Assembly (NCBI RefSeq): GCF_006345805.1
Contig: NC_043011.1
Span: 26,610,464 to 26,674,463 of the forward strand
Source of the DNA: Octopus sinensis
Taxonomy: Eukaryota
Length of the DNA: 64,000 nucleotides
Direction of reading: 5' to 3'
Part shown: piece after piece, positions 52,501 through 59,581 of the stretch
Position numbering within the stretch: the stretch's first letter is position 1
How the letters are laid out: each line of letters starts with the position of its first letter
Position numbers and translations under genes: made by a program
Notes under the pieces: model-generated
What the model was told of the DNA's origin: nothing
Seen by the model: only the letters and a program-made list of their open reading frames with translations
Database searches by the model: none

Positions 52501-53752
52501 TTTTTATGGTTGCTGAAGGAGAATCTTTCTCACAGGTAATATATTGACTTTATTTTCACAACTTAGATAAAAAATAAATTTTATAACAGACTAGCACTAT
52601 GACCTGGCATACAATTGGCGTATCAAGTTTCGGGCATTTTGATTGGGTTTTGGATAGAAAATTCACAAAAAAGTCACTTCTGTTGATTTTTTAATGGCTT
52701 TGAGGGGTGACTGGGGAAATGTAAAGATGTGCATGACCACTCTTGGACAGTTTTGAATGACCATAGAAAGTGCGAGCCCTCTAACTGAAAAATTGTGGAT
52801 TTGTATAAAGGACACACACACACACATTTTGCCGTTTATATATATAGAAATGTATTTATGAGTGAGTGAGTATGCACATGTTTACCATAGTTACTAAAAA
52901 TACCGGCAGAACTGTTTTTTGAAAGTGTTTCATTAAAGAAACAAAGTAATCTAATCGTATATAGTGAATTTTTACCATTTTTCTGTTGGAATATGCTAGT
53001 TATGTTTCGTTTAATTCTTAAAATGAGGAGTTTAGTAAAATAACTTTGTCATTGTTAAATCAGTGTTTGGAATACAAATTAATGTGAAATTTTGAAGGAT
53101 GGTTTTAATTTAGATCACTTTAACCCTTTTGCATTTAAACCAGCCATAGCCAACCCAAATATTCCACCCGTTTTATGTTTGAAATGGCCAGATCCAGCCT
53201 CTCATACCTACCCTACAATGTAATTTTAAAAATAAACAATCACATCATCAAAATCTCAACTCTATGAGATAATGCATGATTAATTCAAAACCTTGTGGAT
53301 AAATAAGCATTAAATTTGACAGAGGAATCTAAATGCTACAGGGTTAAAACAGGAAACTTGTATCATAGAACCAAGAGTGAAATTGGAATCTTGAAGTTAT
53401 TTAACCCATTACCATTTAAACCAACCAATTCTGACCCAGATATTTTGTTTTATGTTCAAACTGTCAAAATATGTCCTTTTACACATACCCTACGATGTCA
53501 TTCTAAAAATATACAGTCACATCATTGAAATCTCAAAGGTATGAGATAATATATGATTATTCAAAACAATAACTCCTTATACTCCAATAGGCGCAAGAGT
53601 AGCTGTGTGGTAAGTAGCTTGCTAACCAACCACATGGTTCTGGGTTCAGTCCCACTGCGTGGCATCTTGAGCAAGTGTCTCCTGCTATAGCCTCGGGCCG
53701 ACCAATGCTTTGTGAGTGGATTTGGTAGACGGAAACTGAAAGAAGCCTGTCG

Positions 53753-53791
<39 letters not shown>

Positions 53792-56700
53792 TTGTCCCCC
53801 TAGCATTGCTTGACAACCGATGTTGGTGTGTTTACGTCCCCGTCACTTAGCGGTTCGGCAAAAGAGACCGATAGAATAAGTACTGGGCTTACAACGAACA
53901 AGTCCCGGGGTCGATTTGCTCGACTAAAGGTGGTGCTCCAGCATGGCTGCAGTCAAATGACTGAAACAAGTAAAAAAAAAAAAAAAATACAAATTAATAA
54001 ACATTACATTTGACAGAATAAATCTGATATGTAAAAATGCACTTCACTCTTCTTATAATTTCTACATTATTTTTAAATAATTGTTGAAATTATAAGAAGA
54101 TTGAAATGCATTTCAGACAAGTGTTTGAAAATTACATCGTTAATGCTCATTCATATTTTTAAAAAAAGGTGGTGGAGGAACTCCTTATACTCTGATTCTG
54201 TATTACATTAAAAACAAATTTTCTCAATTCTATATTTAAGGTATTTAATCGAGAAACTGCTGAATTTAAAAAACAGTTAGAAAAAGAGGAACGGGATCGA
54301 AAAGACAAAGAAAACAAAGAAAATGAGATAAAACCAGGTAATATTGGTATTGTTTTTAAAATATTTTTTATCAGTGTAATGGTAATTAAAGGTATAGTGA
54401 TTTAGTTAATCCTTTCACCTTTCATTACCACTACATGTGGTTACAAGATTCCAAAATACTGGAGACCACCCAGATTCCCCTATTCATATTTAAACCTGTC
54501 CTATCTCACCCTAATATTTTACCTAAGGGAGTGGTGGATTGATTAACCCTTTCACCTTTCATTGGTTGCAAAATAGTGAAATTAACTGGAAACCACCCAG
54601 ATTTGGCGGTTCATATTTAAACCGGCCATATATTACCCAAATATTCTACCTGTTTTATGGTCATACTGACCAGATCTGACCTCATACCTACCTTACAATG
54701 TCGTTCTAAAATTAAACAAGCATATTAAAATCTCAAAGCTATGAGATAATGGGAATTAAAGACATTTTCACCTAAATAGGATTTTAAGTACTGTGAAATT
54801 TTCAACAGCACAGGGTTCTTTTTTTGCCCATTTGCCTTAGCAAGCAAAGAGTCCAACTCGAAGACTTATAAAATGTAGACAAAAAGAATAAGCATTTTGG
54901 CATGCTATGATTCTGCCAGCTCACTAGCTTTGTTAAATCAAAATATTGACATAAATTTTATTCCTGTATTAGTGATAACCACAAATTTTATTAAACATTT
55001 GCTGTACACCCACCATCTGTCATTTTTATTTTGTGAATTTTATGTTCTTGGAATTTTTTTGCTATTTTTATTTTTCTCAAATCAATTTTTTCCCTGTTGT
55101 GTAACACTGTATCCATTTTTAAAAAAAATTATATAAAATTATATAAGCTTTTAGCTGTTGCATTAGAAAATTTGAAGTTGAATGGTTCTCAACTGCAGCA
55201 TACCTCATGGACTTTAATCCAAGTGTTTCAGTTTTTGAATGCGCTTGTGAAAGTGTTGATTTCCAGAGAGAGAATATAGTGGAAAACTTATTACATATTT
55301 CTCTTCCAATATTTTCAAAAAAATAATGGATGCAGTCAGTCATCCCCATTGACTATTTGCTTTTGTTTACTGCAATTCAAGTGGTGGCTAATTGACAAAG
55401 AAATTGTAAGCAAAGGACAAGGACAAACAAGATAAAATTAAGGTCCTTTTTTTTATCATAAATGTAATAATGGGCATATAATAAACAAATAACTCGTTTT
55501 ACTCAGTGATATTTACATCAGTTTTAATATCAGTGTCTAATTTACAAGTAACTATAGTGGTTTAGCAGCAAAAAAATTCATAATAGATTATTCGAGAATT
55601 TTGTTTATGCTGTGTTTGAATCACCACTTCGAACAAAAAACAGTTACAGTGAAACAATTTAAATGAAACACAGAGAAGATGGGGTATTATAGTTAGAAAT
55701 ATTGGTTTCAAATTTCGGCACAAGGCCAGCAAGTTTGGGGCAGGGTGTAAGTTGATTATATCAAACCCAGAACTGAACTGGTACTTATTTTATCAACCAC
55801 AAAAGGATAAAGTCTATCTTCATGGAATTGAGCACAAATCGTAAAGATGGACAAAATGCTACTAAACATTTTGCCGTGTGCTATCAATTCTGCCAGCTTG
55901 ATGCCTTTTTTTTAGTTAGAATATTGTATTGAAAGGGTTTGAGTATCAATCAATATCTTAGATGATTAGACACTAAAATGGGAATGGGTTTTAAGTTTGT
56001 TATTTGGTTGTAAGCGTGTCTGTCTGCTACCAATGGTTCACTGAACAGTTTGATGTGAATTTAAAAGCTTGTGAAAGGGAACCAAATGCAGATTTTATGG
56101 AATGGTTTTTATTGCAGACCATTGAGACCTATATCAGTATTGTAAAATGAGGAAACCTCTATGCTGCTGCTTAAGCTGTTGGAAATAGCAGCCAAATTAC
56201 CTTCAAATCGCATATGACTAAGGAAAGCTAATTTTGTATTAATATTTAGAGATGAGTGTCCCATTTCACCATTTCAAATAGAAAATACTCTGTTTTAAAT
56301 ATATTGTTTAAATTTGATGTTTTGCTTTTATTCTAATGTTTTCTTTCAATTCCCCTAGCTGAAGGAAAACCGGAACAAGAAAATAAAGAGAATGTTAATT
56401 CTTTAGACAAAGTGGACAGTACTTTAGACAATTCAACAGCTGCTGGAGCAACTATTGAAGATCCATCCCGAGATAACTCCAAGTCAGCTACTTCCAACAC
56501 GGAGGATGCAAAGGTGGCATCTGTAGAAGGAACTGAAATAAAATCAGATGCCCAAATATGGTCTCCGCTGAATACTGTTACTCCTCTCACTGGAGATGTA
56601 TCAAGTGGAATGACACAGGACAAAAGCATCACTGACACAATGTCCCACAGCATTGCACATCGGTCAGCCACTGTTGCTGCTGTGGACCGATTGATGCCAA

Positions 56701-59581
56701 ATTCAGAAGATAAGAAATCCACTGAACAACGGAATAGTATTCCAACAACTGATGCAGCCAGTGAGGCTGTGTGTTCAAAGGTTACTAGTGGAGTCAAAGA
56801 CAGTACAGGTGAGACATCAGTAACGGAAGGACTAGTTAACAAGTCTAATGACAAAATGTCTGTAAGTACTGTATCACCTGTGGTAAATCCAATTTCAAGG
56901 ACAGATGATAAGCATGAAAGCATTCCTGGTGTTGCATCAATGTCAACAGTGCATCTGCCATCATCAGCTCCACATTTAGTACAGTCTAATCAGCAAACAG
57001 GTCAAACTACCCTTCCTCAGGATCCTTCTAAAGTGCTACATTCTGTGCAGTCCTCACCTTCATTTCCTTCGTCTCTTCATGTGTCTCATACCAGGCAGTC
57101 AGACTTTTTACCTCAAACTTGTGTGTCTCAAGCACAGCAAAACTTGCCTTTAATGGAGCAGCAACAACAACAACCATTACAACAACTGCCACAATCTCAC
57201 CCGCAGATTCCTTCTATGTCACCACGACGGCAACCACACAAAGTTCAGATGGATGCATCTATGCCGTTACAAAGTGTACCTGGTGTCCCGTCTCAGCTTA
57301 CACACTCTCAGCACTCGCACGTGCCCTCTTTCCAGTCGCTGGTGCAAAATCAGTTACCACCTCTACACTCAACTGCTGGTCCAACGCCTGTAGTTGCTAC
57401 TCCATCACAGCTAACTATGGGTCTTACTCAGAGCTCTGTACCACCATCAAGTGTTGGTGGGTTATCACATTTGCAGCACCAACAACCCCACAACAGTCCA
57501 GCTGCACTCTCTCAGCCCCATCGCCATTCATCACCTTCTGCTACACCTACAACAACTCCAGTCCCAGTACAATCTAACACTGTCACCCAGCCCTCTTCTC
57601 TACTGGATTTGTTACCGCCTATACAGTCTCATTTCCCTGCAGAAAGCAGCCAAGTGTCCCATCCTGCTCAACCAAGCAACACATCTCGTAAAGAAGATCA
57701 ACAACCACAACAACAACCACAGAAATTCGTTCCACTTGCAGATTTTAGAGATGAAGAAGAGGAAATGCTAGAGGTATTTACAAAATTATATACAAAATAA
57801 TACAAAATTATTTACTACCTTTTGTATTTATGTTATAAGTTCATGTCCCGTCACATTTACTGTTATCTCTTTGAGGACACAAATTGAATTACAACATTTA
57901 ATTGGCATGTAAAACACTTTTTTATTTTTGTTTTAAATGTCTCAAGAAAGAAAATCAACCTGAATTCTATATACAGCATTGCTTTAAATATTTTGAAAGA
58001 AGGGTAGTAATTTCATGGTAGTGAGTAAGCTGATTACACTGACCCCCCAGTACTCAACTGGTACTTATTTTATTGACTCCCAAAAGTAGACCTTGGCAGA
58101 ATTTGAACTCAAAATGTGAAAATTAACAAAATGCTACTAATCATTTAGCCTGGTGTGCTAACGATTCTGGCAGCTCATTGCCTTTAGATTGCTTTAAATA
58201 TTACTTGCTTTAATGCTTCCTGCATAAGCACTGCTGAAATTAAGATACATCTAATATGTCACCACATATGGTAACTTTTGTTGAATGCAGCCATAAACAG
58301 CTGTATAGCTGTGAAGTTTGCTTTGTAAGCACGTGGTTCCAGTTTCAATTTTTCTGTACAGCACCTTTAAATAGTTTTCTATTGAGTGTAGGCACTTTGA
58401 TTTGGTCTAACACTTTGTCCAATAAGTACTATTACTACTGCTACTATTGCCATTACAACACTTAATGCTACTACTATTAACACCACCACCACTACCAACC
58501 ACTTTTCTGTATTGTATCTACAAAGGATTTTTTAAATCAAAGTGTCATAGATGAATGTCATTACACTAAGGTGTGATTAAAAACAGTGATGTATCCTCTT
58601 CTACCATAGCCTTGGGTTAAGCACATTGTGAATGAAATTGTAAATATAGAAACTAAGCAGAAACCTACCATACTGTATCTGTTTTAACACTACAGTCTGT
58701 TTCTTATGCACTATTTAATGCAATCCACTCTGTTGCAAGTATGTTTGGAACAGGTCTCTAGTAACAAGATAATTTGAAGTCTTAATGTATTGCAGCATCC
58801 TATTGCAGTAACACTCCTGTATCTTTTGTCTTCTTTCTTCTTCAGTTCTACCTAGCAAATATAGGCACAACCCTTTTACTTCTGATTCAGCCATTAACCC
58901 TTTCGTTACTGTATTCATTTTGAGATGCTCTGTGTTTCTTTCAATTAATTTAAATATAACAAAGAATTTAGTAAAATAACTTAGTTATCATTCAGCTAGT
59001 GTTAGGGACATAAATTGTGACTAAGGTTTGGTGGTATATTTTAATTCAAAGCTTATGAAAACAAGATATTTGTACTTAGAGCCAAGGGCGGTTTCAGTCG
59101 GGATGGTAATGAAAGGGTTAAAAATATATACATACAGTGGTACTCCAGCATGATCGCGACTGTATGGCTGAAACAAATAAAAGAACACTCACACACACAC
59201 ACCTGAGCACTGTAAAGACAATAGACAGTACCATAATAGTAGTTTATACGATATACAACTTTGTTTCATTTTAGTATAAATATGATAATAACAAATGAGA
59301 AAAGAAATACCATGTTTATTAAAGCTGGCTCTGTTTCATTCATTCAAATTTCTTGTCAACAGGAACACAGAGATCTGGAAGCTCGCATAGCACAAATAAT
59401 TAAAGGGACTGAATCTTATGGCTATGAGGAACCCCAGCATACTACTAACCAACTCGAGCAGAATACAAAGAATAAACACACAGATTCCACACCATTCACA
59501 GCTCCAGCCAATGAAGAGGAAGAGGAAGATGATGAGCCAGTCATGGACGATGAAGAGTTACATAGTCTCCTTGGTGTTTAA
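25465..59581 (+). CDS. HDGFL2: HDGF-related protein 2 / LEDGF(PSIP1)-family chromatin reader (PWWP + AT-hook + IBD); span of 19 visible coding exons, 5' coding exon missing
   Basis: Manual splicing gives a continuous 1304-aa frame. PWWP segment [37 protein letters not shown]...GFNEGLWEI closely matches the PSIP1/HDGFL2 PWWP. IBD segment [23 protein letters not shown]...[27 protein letters not shown] matches the [21 protein letters not shown] resembles the HRP-2 coiled-coil. Family assignment is secure; HDGFL2 versus PSIP1 orthology is not resolved (probably co-ortholog). Confidence 0.93.
27188..27407. mobile_element. MITE family E (orientation X)
   Basis: ccctttagtattcgg...aagtgctaaacagttaa. 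Confidence 0.8.
28468..29532 (+). mobile_element. Internally deleted piggyBac transposon (1065 bp) retaining the transposase 5' end
   Basis: TTAA TSDs at 28464-67 and 29533-36; perfect 12-bp TIR CCCTTTCGTTAC/GTAACGAAAGGG; subterminal direct repeat ACCAAACCGCCCGAA at 28478 and 28512. Confidence 0.92.
28727..29240 (+). pseudogene. piggyBac (PGBD4-like) transposase N-terminus, ~170 aa with one extra A in an A11 run; catalytic DDD core deleted
   Basis: FSEETGP...ALDYFFLLF...[10 protein letters not shown]...[23 protein letters not shown] matches the piggyBac N-terminal pattern; ATG 28727 joins the 28830 frame if A11 (28815-28825) is read as A10. Confidence 0.85.
30128..30545 (+). mobile_element. 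SINE family A head + RTE-derived tail
   Basis: Family A head and core to ~30290, microsatellite hinge, then ggttggcactggaaagggcacccagccatag...catggaaaacataacatgaaatggtggtggtgg. Confidence 0.75.
30880..31255 (-). mobile_element. SINE family A with RTE-derived tail (degenerate)
   Basis: catcgtttaatgtc...ggatgcctttcttgtcatcaatc; ctaccaaatccactc core. Confidence 0.65.
31983..32187. mobile_element. MITE family E (orientation X)
   Basis: TTAA-CCCTTTAGCATT...AATGCTAAAGGA-TTAA. Confidence 0.85.
32588..32729 (+). CDS. HDGFL2: Coding exon b: PWWP C-terminal helices ([47 protein letters not shown]), 142 nt
   Basis: ttgtag|G and TCA|gtaagt; phase 2->0. Confidence 0.95.
33000..33300 (-). mobile_element. 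tRNA-derived SINE, family C variant
   Basis: Reverse complement gtgtggcttagtggtcagg...ccttgagcaagatactttatttcacattgctctagtccactcagctggcaaaaatgag. Confidence 0.75.
35695..35796 (+). CDS. HDGFL2: Coding exon c ([10 protein letters not shown]...EEVEKTNK), 102 nt
   Basis: tttatag|CAA and AAG|gtaatt; phase 0->0. Confidence 0.88.
37105..37158 (+). CDS. HDGFL2: Coding exon d ([18 protein letters not shown]), 54 nt
   Basis: Poly-T tract + acag|TCT and ACG|gtgagt; phase 0->0. Confidence 0.88.
37340..37720 (-). mobile_element. Degenerate RTE RT C-terminal remnant
   Basis: Minus strand DLQRLERNE..., ELRKK, RRL.HYG patches homologous to 14500-14700. Confidence 0.6.
38087..38278 (+). CDS. HDGFL2: Coding exon e ([12 protein letters not shown]...SDNSDDE), 192 nt
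   Basis: tttaag|GGT and GAG|gtattt; phase 0->0. Confidence 0.88.
38793..39048 (+). CDS. HDGFL2: Coding exon f containing an AT-hook-like [10 protein letters not shown], 256 nt
   Basis: ttgtag|GAT and AGAA|gtaaga; phase 0->1; the RGRP core is the canonical AT-hook and LEDGF carries AT-hooks. Confidence 0.9.
39575..40400 (+). repeat. Head-to-tail array of about 4 family B tRNA-SINE copies
   Basis: Unit ggc..agctggcagaat.gttagc...gagttcaaattc...ctttgcctttcatccttt.ggggtcgat.aaataagtaccag starting near 39713, 39948 and 40173, plus a tail-only copy at 39575. Confidence 0.85.
40467..40597 (-). mobile_element. RTE 3' end (internally deleted)
   Basis: (CAT)n cgtttaacgtc...gggtctgggaagccaggaggctgcaccaggctccag. 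Confidence 0.75.
40794..40899 (+). CDS. HDGFL2: Coding exon g ([18 protein letters not shown]...SSSD), 106 nt
   Basis: tatcag|CT and AG|gtaagt; phase 1->2. Confidence 0.9.
41095..41280 (+). mobile_element. RTE 3' end (degenerate)
   Basis: ggtgctacataaaaagcacc...tggttggtgttaagaaaggcatccaactg...tccaacctatgccagtatggaaa. Confidence 0.7.
41346..41790. mobile_element. MITE family E (orientation Y) interrupted by a SINE
   Basis: TTAA-CCCTTTAACATTTAAACCAGCC...; resumes at ~41659. Confidence 0.75.
41404..41658 (+). mobile_element. Family C tRNA-SINE, full length, with 11-bp TSD
   Basis: TTTTATGTTCA at 41393-41403 and 41659-41669; A-box tggcttagtagttagg; B-box ggtttcaattcc. Confidence 0.88.
41902..41994 (+). 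CDS. HDGFL2: Coding exon h ([31 protein letters not shown]), 93 nt
   Basis: ttctag|T and AAG|gtttgg; phase 2->2; HRP-2-like WKxRDEE motif. Confidence 0.9.
42068..42850 (-). mobile_element. Internally deleted mariner element (783 bp)
   Basis: TA TSDs; ~21-bp TIR TTGGG(T)CATCCCATAAATAATG; minus ORFs 42523..42714 (HTH: [13 protein letters not shown]...CQWWFQKF) and 42147..42389 (C-terminus [24 protein letters not shown]); DDD core missing. Confidence 0.9.
43849..44020 (+). CDS. HDGFL2: Coding exon i ([11 protein letters not shown]...KRKVKE), 172 nt
   Basis: tttcag|G and GAG|gttggt; phase 2->0. Confidence 0.88.
44135..44280 (+). mobile_element. RTE 3' end
   Basis: ggttggtgttagggagggcatctggctgtaaaa...caacccatgccagcatggaaaacagacgttaaatgatga. 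Confidence 0.75.
44285..44985 (+). mobile_element. SINE family A with RTE tail, split by a CR1 insertion
   Basis: Head and core 44285-44410; body resumes ~44690; ggcaacaggaagggtatctgg...catgcaagcatcg tail. Confidence 0.7.
44412..44690 (-). mobile_element. CR1-clade LINE 3' end with (ATT)n tail
   Basis: Minus strand [12 protein letters not shown]...[26 protein letters not shown] is the CR1 C-terminal signature; (AAT)n at ~44416-44455. Confidence 0.82.
45661..46047 (+). CDS. HDGFL2: Coding exon j ([10 protein letters not shown]...EKNKK), 387 nt
   Basis: tttatag|GAA and AAG|gtaatt; 129 open codons; phase 0->0. Confidence 0.9.
46185..46274 (+). CDS. HDGFL2: Coding exon k ([13 protein letters not shown]...IKKE), 90 nt
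   Basis: tcttag|AAT and GAG|gtaatc; phase 0->0; an in-frame alternative acceptor cacag|GAA at 46197 is possible. Confidence 0.85.
46322..46408 (+). mobile_element. 3'-truncated family A SINE head abutting an antisense family C SINE
   Basis: ggcgcaggagtggctgtgtgctaagtagc...ggcaccttgggcaaag. Confidence 0.8.
46410..46695 (-). mobile_element. Family C SINE (same subfamily as 895-1230)
   Basis: Reverse complement shares cttgagcaagacacttcatttcatgttg...ggtgccaagc...tcttccataaacaacc. Confidence 0.8.
46900..47125 (-). mobile_element. Possible 3' end of an R2-group (Hero/NeSL-like) non-LTR element
   Basis: Minus strand LKKAIKE...SSxWL.RDCRW followed by GAAAC...GACCCTAAGATACCCACTGATGA; family assignment is from memory of motif shape only. 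Confidence 0.3.
47224..47384 (+). CDS. HDGFL2: Coding exon l ([12 protein letters not shown]...LERERR), 161 nt
   Basis: atgtag|GAG and AG|gttaga; phase 0->2. Confidence 0.87.
47562..47965 (+). mobile_element. Full-length family A SINE (tail 1)
   Basis: Head, core, (TG)-rich hinge, gtccccgtaacttagcggttc...gactgaaacaagtaaaagag tail. Confidence 0.88.
48682..48755 (+). CDS. HDGFL2: Coding exon m ([24 protein letters not shown]), 74 nt
   Basis: tttcag|G and CAAT|gtgaga; phase 2->1. Confidence 0.87.
48813..48956. mobile_element. MITE family E (orientation Y), internally deleted, 57 nt after the exon m donor
   Basis: TTAA-CCTTTTAGCATTTAAAC...GCTAAAGGG-TTAA. Confidence 0.8.
49525..49745 (-). mobile_element. 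RTE 3' end, young copy
   Basis: Nearly identical to 3848-4080. Confidence 0.82.
49898..49968 (+). CDS. HDGFL2: Coding exon n: IBD helix 1 ([24 protein letters not shown]), 71 nt
   Basis: ttccag|TT and ACA|gtaagt; phase 1->0; compare LEDGF RLQRIHAEIKNSLKIDN. Confidence 0.93.
51544..51645 (+). CDS. HDGFL2: Coding exon o: IBD ([34 protein letters not shown]), 102 nt
   Basis: ttgcag|GAT and AAG|gtaaaa; phase 0->0; compare LEDGF DVNRCIEALDELASL. Confidence 0.94.
52431..52535 (+). CDS. HDGFL2: Coding exon p: IBD ([35 protein letters not shown]), 105 nt
   Basis: tctatag|ATT and CAG|gtaata; phase 0->0; compare LEDGF [30 protein letters not shown]. Confidence 0.95.
52590..52850. mobile_element. Possible non-autonomous Helitron/Helentron-like repeat
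   Basis: Starts actagc..tgacc.ggc, has an internal (CA)n and ends cattttgccgtttatatatatag; the layout recalls DINE/Lep1-type elements. Confidence 0.3.
53124..53343. mobile_element. MITE family E (orientation Y), complete
   Basis: TTAA-CCCTTTTGCATTT...AATGCTACAGGG-TTAA. Confidence 0.88.
53405..54030. mobile_element. MITE family E (orientation Y) split by a family A SINE
   Basis: Left part 53405-53570; remainder aataaacattacatttgacagaataaatctg at ~53995-54027. Confidence 0.7.
53589..53985 (+). mobile_element. Full-length family A SINE (tail 1) with A-rich end
   Basis: ggcgcaagagtagctgtgtggtaag...gactgaaacaagt(A)n. Confidence 0.88.
54241..54337 (+). CDS. HDGFL2: Coding exon q ([21 protein letters not shown]...EIKP), 97 nt
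   Basis: tttaag|GTA and CCAG|gtaata; phase 0->1. Confidence 0.88.
55700..55910 (-). mobile_element. Family B SINE
   Basis: ttggtttcaaatttcggcacaagg...ggtacttattttatc...aattctgccagcttg. Confidence 0.7.
56359..57773 (+). CDS. HDGFL2: Coding exon r: 1415-nt low-complexity S/T then Q/P/H/S-rich exon ending [10 protein letters not shown]
   Basis: cccctag|CT and GAG|gtattt; phase 1->0; same frame as ORF-track 56412..57800. Confidence 0.88.
57995..58190 (-). mobile_element. Family B SINE
   Basis: cagtactcaactggtacttattttattgac...gaatttgaactc...gctaacgattctggcagctcattgcc. Confidence 0.7.
58898..59117. mobile_element. 220-bp MITE sharing the TIR of the 28468-29532 piggyBac
   Basis: TTAA at 58894-97 and 59118-21; TIR CCCTTTCGTTAC/GTAATGAAAGGG; gggcggttt subterminal motif is the reverse complement of aaaccgccc. 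Confidence 0.88.
59363..59581 (+). CDS. HDGFL2: Terminal coding exon s ([15 protein letters not shown]...[11 protein letters not shown]), 219 nt
   Basis: caacag|GAA; phase 0; stop TAA at 59579-59581; same frame as ORF-track 59261..59581. Confidence 0.88.
   Translation, partial: EHRDLEARIAQIIKGTESYGYEEPQHTTNQLEQNTKNKHTDSTPFTAPANEEEEEDDEPVMDDEELHSLLGV

Noticed and set aside
56333-56923. 196-aa antisense ORF
   Set aside because: Antisense shadow of exon r.
57119-57577. 152-aa overlapping +1 ORF (also 57451..57771)
   Set aside because: Shadow of the low-complexity CAA/CCA-rich real exon.
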